Source: Candidatus Krumholzibacteriia bacterium
Lineage (GTDB): Bacteria > Krumholzibacteriota > Krumholzibacteriia > JAJRXK01
Assembly: GCA_041484665.1 (NCBI GenBank)
Contig: JBGPIA010000001.1
Location: 256,001-320,000, forward strand
Direction: 5' to 3'
DNA: 64,000 nucleotides
Shown here piece after piece: positions 28,070 to 37,847 of this stretch (position 1 is the first letter of the stretch; every line of letters begins with the position of its first letter). The notes beneath the pieces were generated by a model that worked only from the letters and a program-made list of their open reading frames with translations, was not told the origin of the DNA and searched no databases. A program made the position numbers and the translations under genes.

Positions 28070-29716
28070 GTGACCCCCACCGTGCGCGGCAACCGCCCGC
28101 ACCGGCATTCCCCCGTTGCGGTACGAAGGCGCATGCGATCGATCGCCCCGCAGGTCCGGTTGGAGAACGCGTTCGCCCGGCCCTACGAGAACGCGATCGC
28201 CACGGCGCGCACCTGCTACAGCAGCGCCGGCATCTTGACGGCCGCCGACGTCTCGGGCGACGCGCTGGCGGACCCCGGCCGCCGGCGGAAGCGCGCCGAG
28301 CAGCGGGACCGCATCGCGCGCAGCATCTACGAAGCGGGCCATCACACGACCCTCCAGCACGCCCACTTCCAGTTCGCGCTCTCCAATGTGAGCCGGCACT
28401 GCATCTGGTCGTTCCTGCACAGCCACCCGTTCTACAACAGCGAGCAGGTCTCCCAGCGCTACGTGCGCGTGGATCCTTCCCAGGTGGCCGTGCCGGACAT
28501 GCCCGACCGGGCCTTGCCGCTCTATCAAGATCTGATCCAGGCCCAGGCGCGGGAGTACGAGACGCTCATCGCGGTGTTGAGGCCGCAGGCGCGCGCGGCA
28601 TTCCACGAGCGGTTTCTGCCCAGCCCGTCGCAGCAGGCGGCCCACGAGCGGGCCATCGACAAGAAGGCGCAGGAGGTGGCCCGCTACGTCCTGCCTGTGG
28701 CAACTCTTGCCTACCTCTATCACACGGTGAGCGCGCTCACGCTGCTGCGTTACCACCGCCTCTGCGACTTCTACGACGTCCCAGGTGAGACGCGCTTGCT
28801 GGTGACGGCCATGGTCGACGCCGTCCTGGCTCACGACCCGCTGTTCGCGCAGCTCCTGGAGGAGGAGATTGCGCTGGAGGCGACCCCGGAAGCGGCCCTG
28901 ATGGAGCGCTTCCACGGTGACCGGCCGGCCTCGGCGACGCGGGCGTTCTGCGCGGAGTTCGATGCCTCGCTGGAGGGCCGGGTCAGCCGGCTGGTCGACC
29001 GCAAGACCGACAACGAGGGGACCATCGCGGCGGCGGCGCGGGAGGTGCTCGGGCTCGCGCGGGCTGAGCTCCACGACGACGAAGCGATCGCGCTGCTGCT
29101 GGATCCGGCGCGCAACGCGTACCTCGGCCACAGCCTCAACGTCGGCACGCTCAGCAAGCTGCTGCGCTGCCTGGTCCATGCCCATTACACGTTCCGCAAG
29201 AAGCTGAGCCACACCGCCGACAGTCAGGACCAGCGCCACCGCATGACGCCCGCCAGCCGGCCCATCCTGGTGGGGCACCTCCATGACCGGCCGGACGTCG
29301 TCGTGCCGGAGCTGATCCGCCGCAGCCCCGAGGCGCTGGAGCGCTGCGAGGCGCTCATGGAACGGACGTGGCGTACGCTGGCCCAGCTGCGTGACGCGGG
29401 GGCGAGCGCCGAGGCGGCAAGCTACGCGCTGCCCAACGCGGTGGCGGTGCGCTTCACCGAGAGCGCCGACCTCCTGCATCTGCACCACAAGTTGACCACC
29501 CGCCTGTGCTACAACGCCCAGGAGGAGATCTGGCGCGCGTGTCTGGATGAGGCCGAGCAGATCCGAGCGGTGGAGCCGCGCATCGGGGCCCACCTGCTGC
29601 CGCCGTGCGGACTGCGCAAGGCTGCCCGCATGAAGCCCGTCTGCCCAGAAGGGGACCGCTACTGTGGAATCCCGGTGTGGAAACTCGATCTATCGGAGTA
29701 TCAACGCGCCATCTGA
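28070..29716 (+). CDS. thyX: Tandem (double-domain) FAD-dependent thymidylate synthase ThyX-like protein
   Basis: ARTCYS, GHHTTLQH, VSR, SQRY and ARYVLP in the N-half; RHR, YALPNA and RLC..AQ.EI in the C-half. Start may be ATG 28133. Confidence 0.75.
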   Translation: MTPTVRGNRPHRHSPVAVRRRMRSIAPQVRLENAFARPYENAIATARTCYSSAGILTAADVSGDALADPGRRRKRAEQRDRIARSIYEAGHHTTLQHAHFQFALSNVSRHCIWSFLHSHPFYNSEQVSQRYVRVDPSQVAVPDMPDRALPLYQDLIQAQAREYETLIAVLRPQARAAFHERFLPSPSQQAAHERAIDKKAQEVARYVLPVATLAYLYHTVSALTLLRYHRLCDFYDVPGETRLLVTAMVDAVLAHDPLFAQLLEEEIALEATPEAALMERFHGDRPASATRAFCAEFDASLEGRVSRLVDRKTDNEGTIAAAAREVLGLARAELHDDEAIALLLDPARNAYLGHSLNVGTLSKLLRCLVHAHYTFRKKLSHTADSQDQRHRMTPASRPILVGHLHDRPDVVVPELIRRSPEALERCEALMERTWRTLAQLRDAGASAEAASYALPNAVAVRFTESADLLHLHHKLTTRLCYNAQEEIWRACLDEAEQIRAVEPRIGAHLLPPCGLRKAARMKPVCPEGDRYCGIPVWKLDLSEYQRAI

Positions 29717-29911
29717 CTCCTGCGCCGCCCGGCCCGAGGGCGATCGACCGGGCGGCGCGGAGCGTGCTACGGGATCTGAGCCGGAGAGGCCGACTTGGAC
29801 TTGGATTCCCTCCCGGTACGGCTATATTGAATCCGTGATCTGGGGTTGCGGGGGCAGCCGCGCCCACGACCGCCCTCCGCGAGGAAGGTAGAGCCAAGAA
29901 GGGGACGTCCG

Positions 29912-30331
29912 ATGAAGATCAGGTTCGTGTTTGGCATCGCCCTCGTGCTCGCCGCCGTCGTCTGGCTCGCCGTCACCGGCTTCGAGCAGGGCAAGGCCTA
30001 CTACCACACCTGCAACGAGGTTGCGGCCATGGGCCGCACCGCCTTCGGCTCGAAGATGCGGATGGCGGGCAACGTCGTGGCGGGCTCCATCCATCGCGAA
30101 GGGGACGTGCTGACGTTCGCCCTGGAGTACGAGGGCGCGCGCTTCCCCGTGCGTTATGTCGGCCGCGATCCGGTTCCCGACACCTTCAAGGACGGCGCCC
30201 AGACCGTCGTCGATGGCTCGCTGTCGGCCGACGGAGTCTTCGTCGGGCACAAGATCCAAGCCAAGTGCGCCTCGAAGTACGAGGCCGATTTCAAGCAGGA
30301 AGGCGCGAAGGCCCCCCGTTCTTCCGCCTGA
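29912..30331 (+). CDS. ccmE: Heme chaperone CcmE, CxxxY variant
   Basis: N-terminal TM; V.Y.G..PDTFK; AKCASKY. Confidence 0.9.
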   Translation: MKIRFVFGIALVLAAVVWLAVTGFEQGKAYYHTCNEVAAMGRTAFGSKMRMAGNVVAGSIHREGDVLTFALEYEGARFPVRYVGRDPVPDTFKDGAQTVVDGSLSADGVFVGHKIQAKCASKYEADFKQEGAKAPRSSA

Positions 30332-30388
30332 CGCGCGCGACGCGAGCGCCCGGTCCCGGCCCCATCCCCCCCGACGGAGCGTGTCCCC

Positions 30389-32365
30389 ATGTTGGCCGAC
30401 CTCGGCAACTTCGCTCTGCTGGCCGCGCTGGTCATGGCGTTCTACGCACTCGCGGCCTCCGCGCTGGGCGCCCGACGGCACGACTTCCGGCTGGTGGAGA
30501 GCGGCCAGCGCGCGGTGGTCGCCCTCTTCCTCCTGGTGGCGATCGCCGTCGGTGCGCTGTGGACCCTGCTCCTGAGGAGCGATTTCCACTACGAGTACGT
30601 GGCGGGGTACAGCAACCGCGATCTGCCCCTGATGTACAAGATCGGCTCGCTGTGGGCGGGCCAGTCCGGGTCGCTCCTGCTGTGGACGTGGATCCTCACC
30701 GCCTACTCGGTGGCGGCAGTGCTGGCCCAGCGCGGCCGCCACAACCGACTGCTGCCCTACGCCACAACCGTCATGATGGGGACCGCCTTTTTCTTCCTGC
30801 TGCTGAACAACTTCGCCAGCAACCCCTTCCGGCATCTGGTGCAGGTGGCCGGCTCGGGGAGCGCAACGGCGTGGGCGGCGGCGGACGGCAAGGGGCTCAA
30901 CCCCCTGCTGCAGCACCCCGCGATGGTCATCCACCCGCCGATCCTCTATACGGGCTACGTCGGCTTCGTGGTCCCCTTCGCCTTCGGGATCGCGGCGCTC
31001 TGGACGCGGCAGCTGGGCAGCGCCTGGGTGATGACGATCCGGCGCTGGACGCTGTTCGCGTGGATGTTCCTGGGCACGGGGATCCTGCTGGGAGCGCGCT
31101 GGGCATACGTGGAGTTGGGCTGGGGCGGTTACTGGGCCTGGGATCCCGTGGAGAACGCGTCGCTGATGCCCTGGCTCGCGGGCACGGCGTTCCTGCACTC
31201 GGTGATCGTCCAGGAGAAGCGCGGGATGCTCAAGGTGTGGAACGTGGCGCTGGTGTGCCTGACGTACATCCTCTGCATCCTGGGCACCTTCCTCACGCGC
31301 AGCGGAGTGGTGAGCAGCGTCCACTCCTTCGCTCAGAGCGACATCGGTATCCCGTTCGCCATCTTCCTGGTGCTGGCGCTGGCGGGGTGCGCCGCGCTGA
31401 TCATCTCAAGGCTCCCCTATCTGCGCAGCGAAAGCCGCCTGGACAGCCTGCTCAGCCGCGAGAGCGGCTTCTTGTTCAACAACCTGCTGCTCTTGGCCGC
31501 GACCTTCAGCGTGCTGTTCGGCACGGTCTTCCCCATCTTCAGCGAGCTGATCACCGGCCGTAACGTCACCGTCGGACAGGCCTACTTCAATCGCATCGAG
31601 GTGCCCCTGGGGTTGCTGCTGCTCATGCTCACCGGTGTAGGCCCGCTCCTGGCCTACCGCAAGACGAGCGGCAAGAGCCTGCGCAAGAACTTCACCATCC
31701 CCGTGGGGCTCGCCGTGGTGTGCGCGCCGCTCTTGTTCGCGCTGGGCGTGCGCACGCTGTGGCCGCTGCTGTCGCTCACGCTGTGTCTGTTCGTCACGCT
31801 GACCGTCGTCCAGGAGTTCCACAAGGGAGCCCTGGCACGCGTGCGCACCCTCCACGAGAACTACGCCTTCGCCCTGGTGGCGTTGACGCGGCGCAATAAC
31901 CGCCGCTACGGCGGCTACATCGTCCACTTCGGGATCGTGTTGGTCTTCGTGGGCATCACCGGCTCGGCGTTCACCCGCGAGAACCGCCAGACCATGGGCG
32001 AGGGTGACAAGGTGTCGGTCGGCCCCTATACGCTGCAGGTCGAAGAAATCTCGGAGTTCCAGACCGCCAACTACTTTGCCGGCAAGGTCACCCTGGATGT
32101 CTTCGAGAACGGCCGCAAGATCCGCACTCTGAATCCCGAGAAGCGCTTCTACTTCGCCAGCGAGCAACCCTCCACCGAGGTCGCCATCCGCAAGGGGCTG
32201 CGCGACGACCTCTACGTCGTCTACCAGGGGATGAACGAGGACCAGACCAAGGCCATCGTGCAGGTCTACCTCAACCCCCTGGTCGCCTGGATCTGGATCG
32301 GCGGATTGACCATCTTCCTGGGGACCTTCCTGTGCATGGTCCCGCCGCTGAAGCAGGCTTCCTGA
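30389..32365 (+). CDS. ccmF: Cytochrome c heme lyase CcmF
   Basis: GLNPLLQH..M.IHPP; WAYVELGWGGYWAWDPVENASLMPW; GTFLTRSG. Confidence 0.96.
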   Translation: MLADLGNFALLAALVMAFYALAASALGARRHDFRLVESGQRAVVALFLLVAIAVGALWTLLLRSDFHYEYVAGYSNRDLPLMYKIGSLWAGQSGSLLLWTWILTAYSVAAVLAQRGRHNRLLPYATTVMMGTAFFFLLLNNFASNPFRHLVQVAGSGSATAWAAADGKGLNPLLQHPAMVIHPPILYTGYVGFVVPFAFGIAALWTRQLGSAWVMTIRRWTLFAWMFLGTGILLGARWAYVELGWGGYWAWDPVENASLMPWLAGTAFLHSVIVQEKRGMLKVWNVALVCLTYILCILGTFLTRSGVVSSVHSFAQSDIGIPFAIFLVLALAGCAALIISRLPYLRSESRLDSLLSRESGFLFNNLLLLAATFSVLFGTVFPIFSELITGRNVTVGQAYFNRIEVPLGLLLLMLTGVGPLLAYRKTSGKSLRKNFTIPVGLAVVCAPLLFALGVRTLWPLLSLTLCLFVTLTVVQEFHKGALARVRTLHENYAFALVALTRRNNRRYGGYIVHFGIVLVFVGITGSAFTRENRQTMGEGDKVSVGPYTLQVEEISEFQTANYFAGKVTLDVFENGRKIRTLNPEKRFYFASEQPSTEVAIRKGLRDDLYVVYQGMNEDQTKAIVQVYLNPLVAWIWIGGLTIFLGTFLCMVPPLKQAS

Positions 32366-32859
32366 TGCTCGAGCTGGTGCTGCTCGCCGTCATCGCCGTG
32401 GCCATCGGCGGGTACACGCTGTGGCCGGTGCTCGCCGGCCACCGCATGCGCCCGCCCACCAGCCGCACGGACACGCCGCTGGGGCGCCAGGAGCTGCGCA
32501 AGGACCTGATCCTCGGCAACATCGCCGACCTCGATTTCGAGTACGCCATGGGCAAGCTCTCCGACCCTGACTACCGGGAGCTGCGCGACGCGCTCAAGGC
32601 GCAGGCGGCGGCGGTGATGGAGCAGATCGGCGTGCTGGAGGCCGATTCGGATCTGGGCGGCTCTGCTGCTCGGTCGGCAGCGGCGGGTGCCAGCGCCGCC
32701 CTCGGCGCGACCGCCGTGGCGGGCGAGGTGGCGCGCCCGGGCGGCAACGGCCACGAGCCCCGGCGCGCGACCGCGCGGCGCTTCTGCATCGCCTGCGGCG
32801 GCGGCCTGCCCCCCAGCGCGCGCTTCTGCCCTTCGTGCGGTGCGCAGGTGCAGGCATGA
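32365..32859 (+). CDS. Membrane-anchored protein with CcmI-N-like region and C-terminal double zinc ribbon
   Basis: TM helix; DLDFEYAMGKLS..DY..LR; FCIACG...ARFCPSCG; TGATG overlap with ccmF. Confidence 0.75.
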   Translation: MLELVLLAVIAVAIGGYTLWPVLAGHRMRPPTSRTDTPLGRQELRKDLILGNIADLDFEYAMGKLSDPDYRELRDALKAQAAAVMEQIGVLEADSDLGGSAARSAAAGASAALGATAVAGEVARPGGNGHEPRRATARRFCIACGGGLPPSARFCPSCGAQVQA

Positions 32860-34082
32860 TCCTCCGCGGGCGCCTCCTCGTTGCGCCGGCCGCGACGCTG
32901 GCGGCGGCGGCTCTGTGGGCCGCGGGGGCCCAGGCGGCCAGCATCCGGGGGACCCTCACCAACAAGACGACCGGACGCCCGGGGGAAGCGACCCTCGTGC
33001 GCCTGCTGGACGTGGCCAAGGGGATGGACCAGATCGCCACGCTCACGAACGTGCACGGTGAGTTCGTCTTCCAGAACGTTCCGGCGGTGGCCATGCCACC
33101 GTACCTGATCCAGGTGCAGGCCGCGGGCGTGATCTACAGCGAGCGCGTGCCGGTCCCGGCCGACCAGGAGGTCCAGGTCGCCGTCGACGTGTACGACGCG
33201 ACCGACTCGATGCGCGACGTCAGCGTCGACATCTTCCACGTAGTGTTCCAGCGCTCCGGGGACCACGTCGAGGTCGCCGAGCTGATCGAGCTGCAGAACA
33301 ACAGCACTCCGCCCAAGGCGGTCTGGCGCGACCCCGGTCCGGTGCGGCTGACGGTGCCCGCCGACGTCCATGGCGAGCCCGAGGTCACCGCGGGCTCGGG
33401 CCCCATGCCGCTCAAGCTCGAGCTGGTGGAGACCGACAGCGCCGGCGTCTTCGCCATACCCTACGCAATCAAGCCGGGCCAGACCCGGCTGTTCGTGCGC
33501 TACCTCATGGGCTACAACGACGAGCGGCTCACGTGGTCCTCGTCGCTCGATCTTCCGGCGGCGGACGTCAACGTGATGGTCTCCCCGGCCGACATCGCCG
33601 TGACCGGGGCGGGCCTGGCGCCGGCGCAAGGCGCCGCTCCAATGCAGGGCTTCGCCATCTACAAGGGATCGGCGCTGGCGGCGGGCCAAGTCTTCGCGGT
33701 GAGCCTGGCGGGAGGCATGGCGGTCGCCGCGAGCGAGCAGTCTGGCAGCGCGGGTAGCATCCAGGTCCGACCCAACCGATTCAGCCAGGGCGCTGTGCCG
33801 GTCATGATCCTCGCCGGGCTGGCGGCGCTGATGCTGGTGGGGTTGGCCTACGGCCTGTCCCGCACCCCGGCCGTGGCCGCCGTCGACGGCGTGAGCTCCC
33901 GTGCCGCCGCCCTGGAGGCACTGGGCCGCCTGGAGGATCGCTACGTCAGCGGTGAGATCGACCGCTCCACCTTCGAGCACCAGCGCGAGCAGCTTCACGA
34001 GCGCCTCCTGCACCCCCACGCGGAGCCCGGCTCCCACGGGCGTCCCGCCCACGGCCGCTCCAAGGCAGCGCGCAAGGGTTGA
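32856..34082 (+). CDS. Periplasmic membrane-anchored protein (carboxypeptidase-regulatory-like N-domain, C-terminal TM + SHOCT-like tail)
   Basis: Signal peptide; SIRGTLTNKTT..GEFVF.NV; TM helix; LEDRYVSGEID..F. Confidence 0.7.
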   Translation: MILRGRLLVAPAATLAAAALWAAGAQAASIRGTLTNKTTGRPGEATLVRLLDVAKGMDQIATLTNVHGEFVFQNVPAVAMPPYLIQVQAAGVIYSERVPVPADQEVQVAVDVYDATDSMRDVSVDIFHVVFQRSGDHVEVAELIELQNNSTPPKAVWRDPGPVRLTVPADVHGEPEVTAGSGPMPLKLELVETDSAGVFAIPYAIKPGQTRLFVRYLMGYNDERLTWSSSLDLPAADVNVMVSPADIAVTGAGLAPAQGAAPMQGFAIYKGSALAAGQVFAVSLAGGMAVAASEQSGSAGSIQVRPNRFSQGAVPVMILAGLAALMLVGLAYGLSRTPAVAAVDGVSSRAAALEALGRLEDRYVSGEIDRSTFEHQREQLHERLLHPHAEPGSHGRPAHGRSKAARKG

Positions 34083-34083
34083 C

Positions 34084-34797
34084 GTGACCGCCGTCGTGGT
34101 CGCGCGCGCGCTGTCCCGCCGCTTCGGGCGCAGCTGGGCGCTCACCGATGTCGATCTGGAGGTCGCGGAGGGTGAGGCCGTGGCGCTGGTGGGCGCCAAC
34201 GGCGCGGGCAAGTCCACTCTGCTCTCGCTCTTGGCCACGATCCGGCGCCCGAGCCGAGGCGAGCTGAGGCTGTTCGAGCAGCCCGCACACAAGGCGCAGG
34301 AGAAGATCCGCGCGCGGCTGGGGTTCGTCGGCCATGCGACGTTTCTGGACGACGCCCTGACCGCCCGCGAGAACCTGCGCTTCCATGCGGCGCTGTTCTG
34401 TGTCGCCGACAGCGCGCGCAAGGTCGACGCGGCGCTCGCCGCGGCGGGCCTGGGCGGGCGGGCCCACGACCGGGTGGAGGGGTACTCCCGTGGGATGCGC
34501 CAACGCCTGAGCCTCGCCCGCGCGCTGCTGCACGACCCGCAGCTGTTGCTGCTGGATGAGCCCTTCAGCGGTCTGGATCCGCGCGCTTGCGTCTGGCTGG
34601 CGGAGCGGCTACGCGCGGAGAAGGCCAAGGGCCGCTCGCTGGTGGTGGCCACCCACCAGTTCGAGCACGTGTTGCCGTGGTGCGACCGGGTGGTCGTTCT
34701 CCACATGGGCGCAGTGGTGGAAGTGGCCGCTGCGCGCAGCCGCGACGCGGGCGGCTGGGCGTTGCGGTTGGCGGCGGTCGCGGAGGGACGGGCGTGA
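34084..34797 (+). CDS. ccmA: Heme ABC exporter ATPase CcmA
   Basis: GANGAGKS Walker A; YSRGMRQR; LLLDEPF; operon position. Confidence 0.88.
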   Translation: MTAVVVARALSRRFGRSWALTDVDLEVAEGEAVALVGANGAGKSTLLSLLATIRRPSRGELRLFEQPAHKAQEKIRARLGFVGHATFLDDALTARENLRFHAALFCVADSARKVDAALAAAGLGGRAHDRVEGYSRGMRQRLSLARALLHDPQLLLLDEPFSGLDPRACVWLAERLRAEKAKGRSLVVATHQFEHVLPWCDRVVVLHMGAVVEVAAARSRDAGGWALRLAAVAEGRA

Positions 34798-35471
34798 GCT
34801 TCTGGCGCGTCGCGCACGCGGTGCTGCGCAAGGACCTCAGCGCTGAGTGGCGGCGCAAGGAGGTCCTCACCTCCATCGTGATGTTCGGCCTGCTGACGGT
34901 CGTGACGTTCGTCTTCGCGTTCGACCCGTCGCGCCACGCCCGGGAGGACGTGGTGCCTGGATGCCTGTGGACCGCATACCTGTTCGCGGGGATGCTCGGG
35001 CTGTCGCGGTCGGCGGCCAAGGACAGCCAGGACGGCGGTATGCAGGCCCTGTTGGTCAGCCCGGCTGACCGCGGGGCCATCTATCTGGGCAAGCTGCTCA
35101 GTCACGCGATCTTCATGGTCGTGGGCGAGGTGATCGTCCTGCTGTTCGCCGTCCTCTGGTTCGACCTGGGCAGCCGCCAGCTCACCCCGGCGTTCTTCGC
35201 CTTCATCGTGCTGGGCACGCTGGGGTTCGTGGCGGTGGGCACCGTGTTCGCGGCGGTGAGCCAGAAGACGCGCCTCAAGGAGGTCATGCTGCCGCTGCTG
35301 TTACTGCCGGTGCTGAGCCCAATCGTCATGGCGGCGGTGGAGGGGACGGCGCTGGTCATGTCACCCGAGGGGCCGCGCGGCATGAAGTCCTGGCTGCAGA
35401 TCCTGGTCGCCTTCGACATCGTCTTTACCACGCTGGGCTTCCTCGTCTACGGTTACGTCCTCGAGGAATGA
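34794..35471 (+). CDS. ccmB: Heme exporter permease CcmB
   Basis: KDL.AE.R; IYLGK; EVMLPLLLLP; six TM helices. Confidence 0.9.
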   Translation: MSFWRVAHAVLRKDLSAEWRRKEVLTSIVMFGLLTVVTFVFAFDPSRHAREDVVPGCLWTAYLFAGMLGLSRSAAKDSQDGGMQALLVSPADRGAIYLGKLLSHAIFMVVGEVIVLLFAVLWFDLGSRQLTPAFFAFIVLGTLGFVAVGTVFAAVSQKTRLKEVMLPLLLLPVLSPIVMAAVEGTALVMSPEGPRGMKSWLQILVAFDIVFTTLGFLVYGYVLEE

Positions 35472-35484
35472 CAGGAGGAGTGCA

Positions 35485-36180
35485 ATGACCAGCGTCGATC
35501 GCTTCCTGCTGGCGCTGAGCGCCGCCGGCATGGTTGCGCTGCTCTACCTCATCTTCATGGTGGTCCCCAACGAGAAGACGATGGGGTTCGTGCAGCGGAT
35601 CTTCTACTTCCACGTCCCGCTGGCTTGGGTGAGCTTCCTGGCGTTCGCGATCACGTGCTGGGAGGGGATCCGCTACCTGGCCACGCGCGATCATGACCAC
35701 GACCGCGTCGCCGCCGCCAGCGCCGAGGTGGGCCTGTTGTGCGTGAGCCTGGTGCTCATCACCGGCCCGATCTGGGCGCGGCCGGTGTGGGGCATCTGGT
35801 GGACGTGGGATCTGCGCCTGACCACGACGCTGGTGCTGTGGCTGATCTTCCTGGGCTACGCCATCCTGCGGCGCAGCATCCCGGAGGCGGACCGGCGCGC
35901 CGTCCTCTCCTCGGTGGTGGGGATCTGCGGCTTCGCGGCGGTCCCGCTCGTCTACCTGGCGAATCGGGTGAAGGCCACGCAGCATCCGGCGCCCGTCGTG
36001 GGCGGCGGGCAGGGGAGCGGCCTGGCCGGCATCATGCTCTTCACGCTGATGTTCGGGTTCGCAGTGTTCACGCTGCTGTTCGTCATGCTGCTGCGCGCTC
36101 GTACCGCCGTGGCGCGCCTGGAGGACGCGGTGGAGGAGATCACGATGCAGCCTTCGGGTCCGGAGGTCGGCCATGCCTAG
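35485..36180 (+). CDS. ccmC: Heme exporter CcmC
   Basis: QRIFYFHVP; WWD motif WARPVWGIWWTWDLRLT; QHP. Confidence 0.93.
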   Translation: MTSVDRFLLALSAAGMVALLYLIFMVVPNEKTMGFVQRIFYFHVPLAWVSFLAFAITCWEGIRYLATRDHDHDRVAAASAEVGLLCVSLVLITGPIWARPVWGIWWTWDLRLTTTLVLWLIFLGYAILRRSIPEADRRAVLSSVVGICGFAAVPLVYLANRVKATQHPAPVVGGGQGSGLAGIMLFTLMFGFAVFTLLFVMLLRARTAVARLEDAVEEITMQPSGPEVGHA

Positions 36181-36316
36181 CAAGTTCTGGTGGGTCTTCG
36201 CCGCCTACGTCATCGTCTGGCTGGGGATCTTCGGGTACCTGGGCAGCCTATTGGGCCGCGCGCGCACCCTCGAGCGCGAGGTCCAGCGTCTCAAGGACGA
36301 GACCGCCCGCCGCTAG
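36173..36316 (+). CDS. ccmD: CcmD (47 aa, absent from ORF track)
   Basis: MPSKFWWVFAAYVIVWLGIFGYLGSLLGRARTLEREVQRLKDETARR; GGAGG SD; AY motif; overlaps the ccmC end. Confidence 0.85.
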   Translation: MPSKFWWVFAAYVIVWLGIFGYLGSLLGRARTLEREVQRLKDETARR

Positions 36317-36396
36317 ACCGGCCAAGGCGGTGCGGATCGCCACGCTGGCGCGCCGGCGCGGGGACGGCCGTGCGGGTGCGCCTGCGGCGGTGCGCT

Positions 36397-36684
36397 CTAC
36401 GGCTCCCAGCGGACGGCGAGGTTCTCGGCGCGCAGGATGATCTGGCATCCCAGTCGGGCGCAGGGGTCGGTCGCGCCGATCAGCCCGAGGGTGTCCTGCT
36501 CCACGAACCCCAGTGCGTCGAGGGACTCGTAGCCCTCCTCCACCGCCAGCACGCAGGTTCCGCACGTACCCGCACGGCAGCCAAAGGGCAGGCTGGCCTC
36601 CGCGGCGGTCGCGGCGCGCGACAGCGTCGTCCCGCACGGAGCGACGATGCTGGTTCCGTCATTGAGGAACGTGATGCGGGGCAT
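36397..36684 (-). CDS. 2Fe-2S ferredoxin
   Basis: FGCRAGTCGTC...RLGCQ; GGAGG SD before ATG 36684. Confidence 0.9.
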   Translation of the reverse strand: MPRITFLNDGTSIVAPCGTTLSRAATAAEASLPFGCRAGTCGTCVLAVEEGYESLDALGFVEQDTLGLIGATDPCARLGCQIILRAENLAVRWEP

Positions 36685-36936
36685 GTTGCCTCCGGGCCGC
36701 CCGACCGCGCTGCTGACCGGTGCCGGCCCCGGCCCGCGACCGGCTGCCACGACCGGCCATCGCCGGGCGCGGCCAGCCGCAATCCGTCACCTTCGGCCAC
36801 CGCCGGCCACCTTTGGTCGTCGGGGAGAATCGCAAGATTTGCGCCGCGGGGCCAGGGCACACCTGCGAGCGCGCCTGCGCGTGGCGGCAGCCGGGTCCCT
36901 TGCCGCCGCGCGCGGCCGTCTGCTAGGGTGGCCACC

Positions 36937-37776
36937 ATGCGCAAACATCTGCTGCTGGGGCACAGCCCCGATCCCGACGACGCGTTCATGTTCTGGGCCC
37001 TGGCGACCGGCCGGGTCGGCAGCGGAGCCTACGAGTTCGAGCACGTCCTCCAGGACATCCAGACGCTGAACGAGCGAGCGACCCGTGGCGAGCTCCACAT
37101 CACTGCCGTGTCGATCCACGCCTACGCCCACGTCCTGGACCGCTACGCGCTCCTCTCGACGGGCAGCAGCATGGGCGACGGCTACGGACCGATGGTCGTG
37201 GCGCGCCACGGCAGCGGCCTGCGCACGGGCGACCTGCGCGGTGTGCGCATCGCCGTGCCGGGCACGATGACCACTGCGTTTCTGGCGCTGCGCCTGCTCC
37301 TGGGCGAGTTCGATCACGGCACCGAGCCCTTCGACACCATCGAGGCCCAGGTAGCCTGCGGGAACTACGACGCCGGGCTGCTCATCCACGAAGGGCAGCT
37401 CACCTACCACAACAAGGGGCTGGAGTTGATCGTCGATCTGGGCCAATGGTGGAAGGAGCTGACGGGATTGCCGCTGCCGTTGGGCGGAAACGTCATCCGC
37501 CGCGACATCGCCCGCGACGAGATGGAGCGCATCAACGTTATCCTGCGCCAGAGCATCGCCTACGGGCTGGCCCACCGCGCGGAGGCGGTCCGCCACGCGC
37601 TGCGCTGGGCGCGTGACATGCACGAGGACGAGGCCGATCGCTTCGTCGGCATGTACGTCAATCACTTCACGCTGGATTACGGCGAGGTGGGACGCCGGGC
37701 GGTGGCGGAGCTGCTGCGGCGCGGCAGCCAGGCGGGCTTGCTCCCGCCCGTGCGCGCCCTGGAATTCGTGGCCTGA
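36937..37776 (+). CDS. mqnD: 1,4-dihydroxy-6-naphthoate synthase (futalosine menaquinone pathway)
   Basis: GHSPDPDDAFMF; DIQTLN; GDGYGP; LIHEGQLTY; LPLPLG; MYVN. Confidence 0.9.
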   Translation: MRKHLLLGHSPDPDDAFMFWALATGRVGSGAYEFEHVLQDIQTLNERATRGELHITAVSIHAYAHVLDRYALLSTGSSMGDGYGPMVVARHGSGLRTGDLRGVRIAVPGTMTTAFLALRLLLGEFDHGTEPFDTIEAQVACGNYDAGLLIHEGQLTYHNKGLELIVDLGQWWKELTGLPLPLGGNVIRRDIARDEMERINVILRQSIAYGLAHRAEAVRHALRWARDMHEDEADRFVGMYVNHFTLDYGEVGRRAVAELLRRGSQAGLLPPVRALEFVA

Positions 37777-37847
37777 TCGCAGCGCCACGCGCACGCGGGC
37801 GACCCCCTCGGAAAGACTGGCTCGTTCACTCGGGAAGACCAGCTCGT

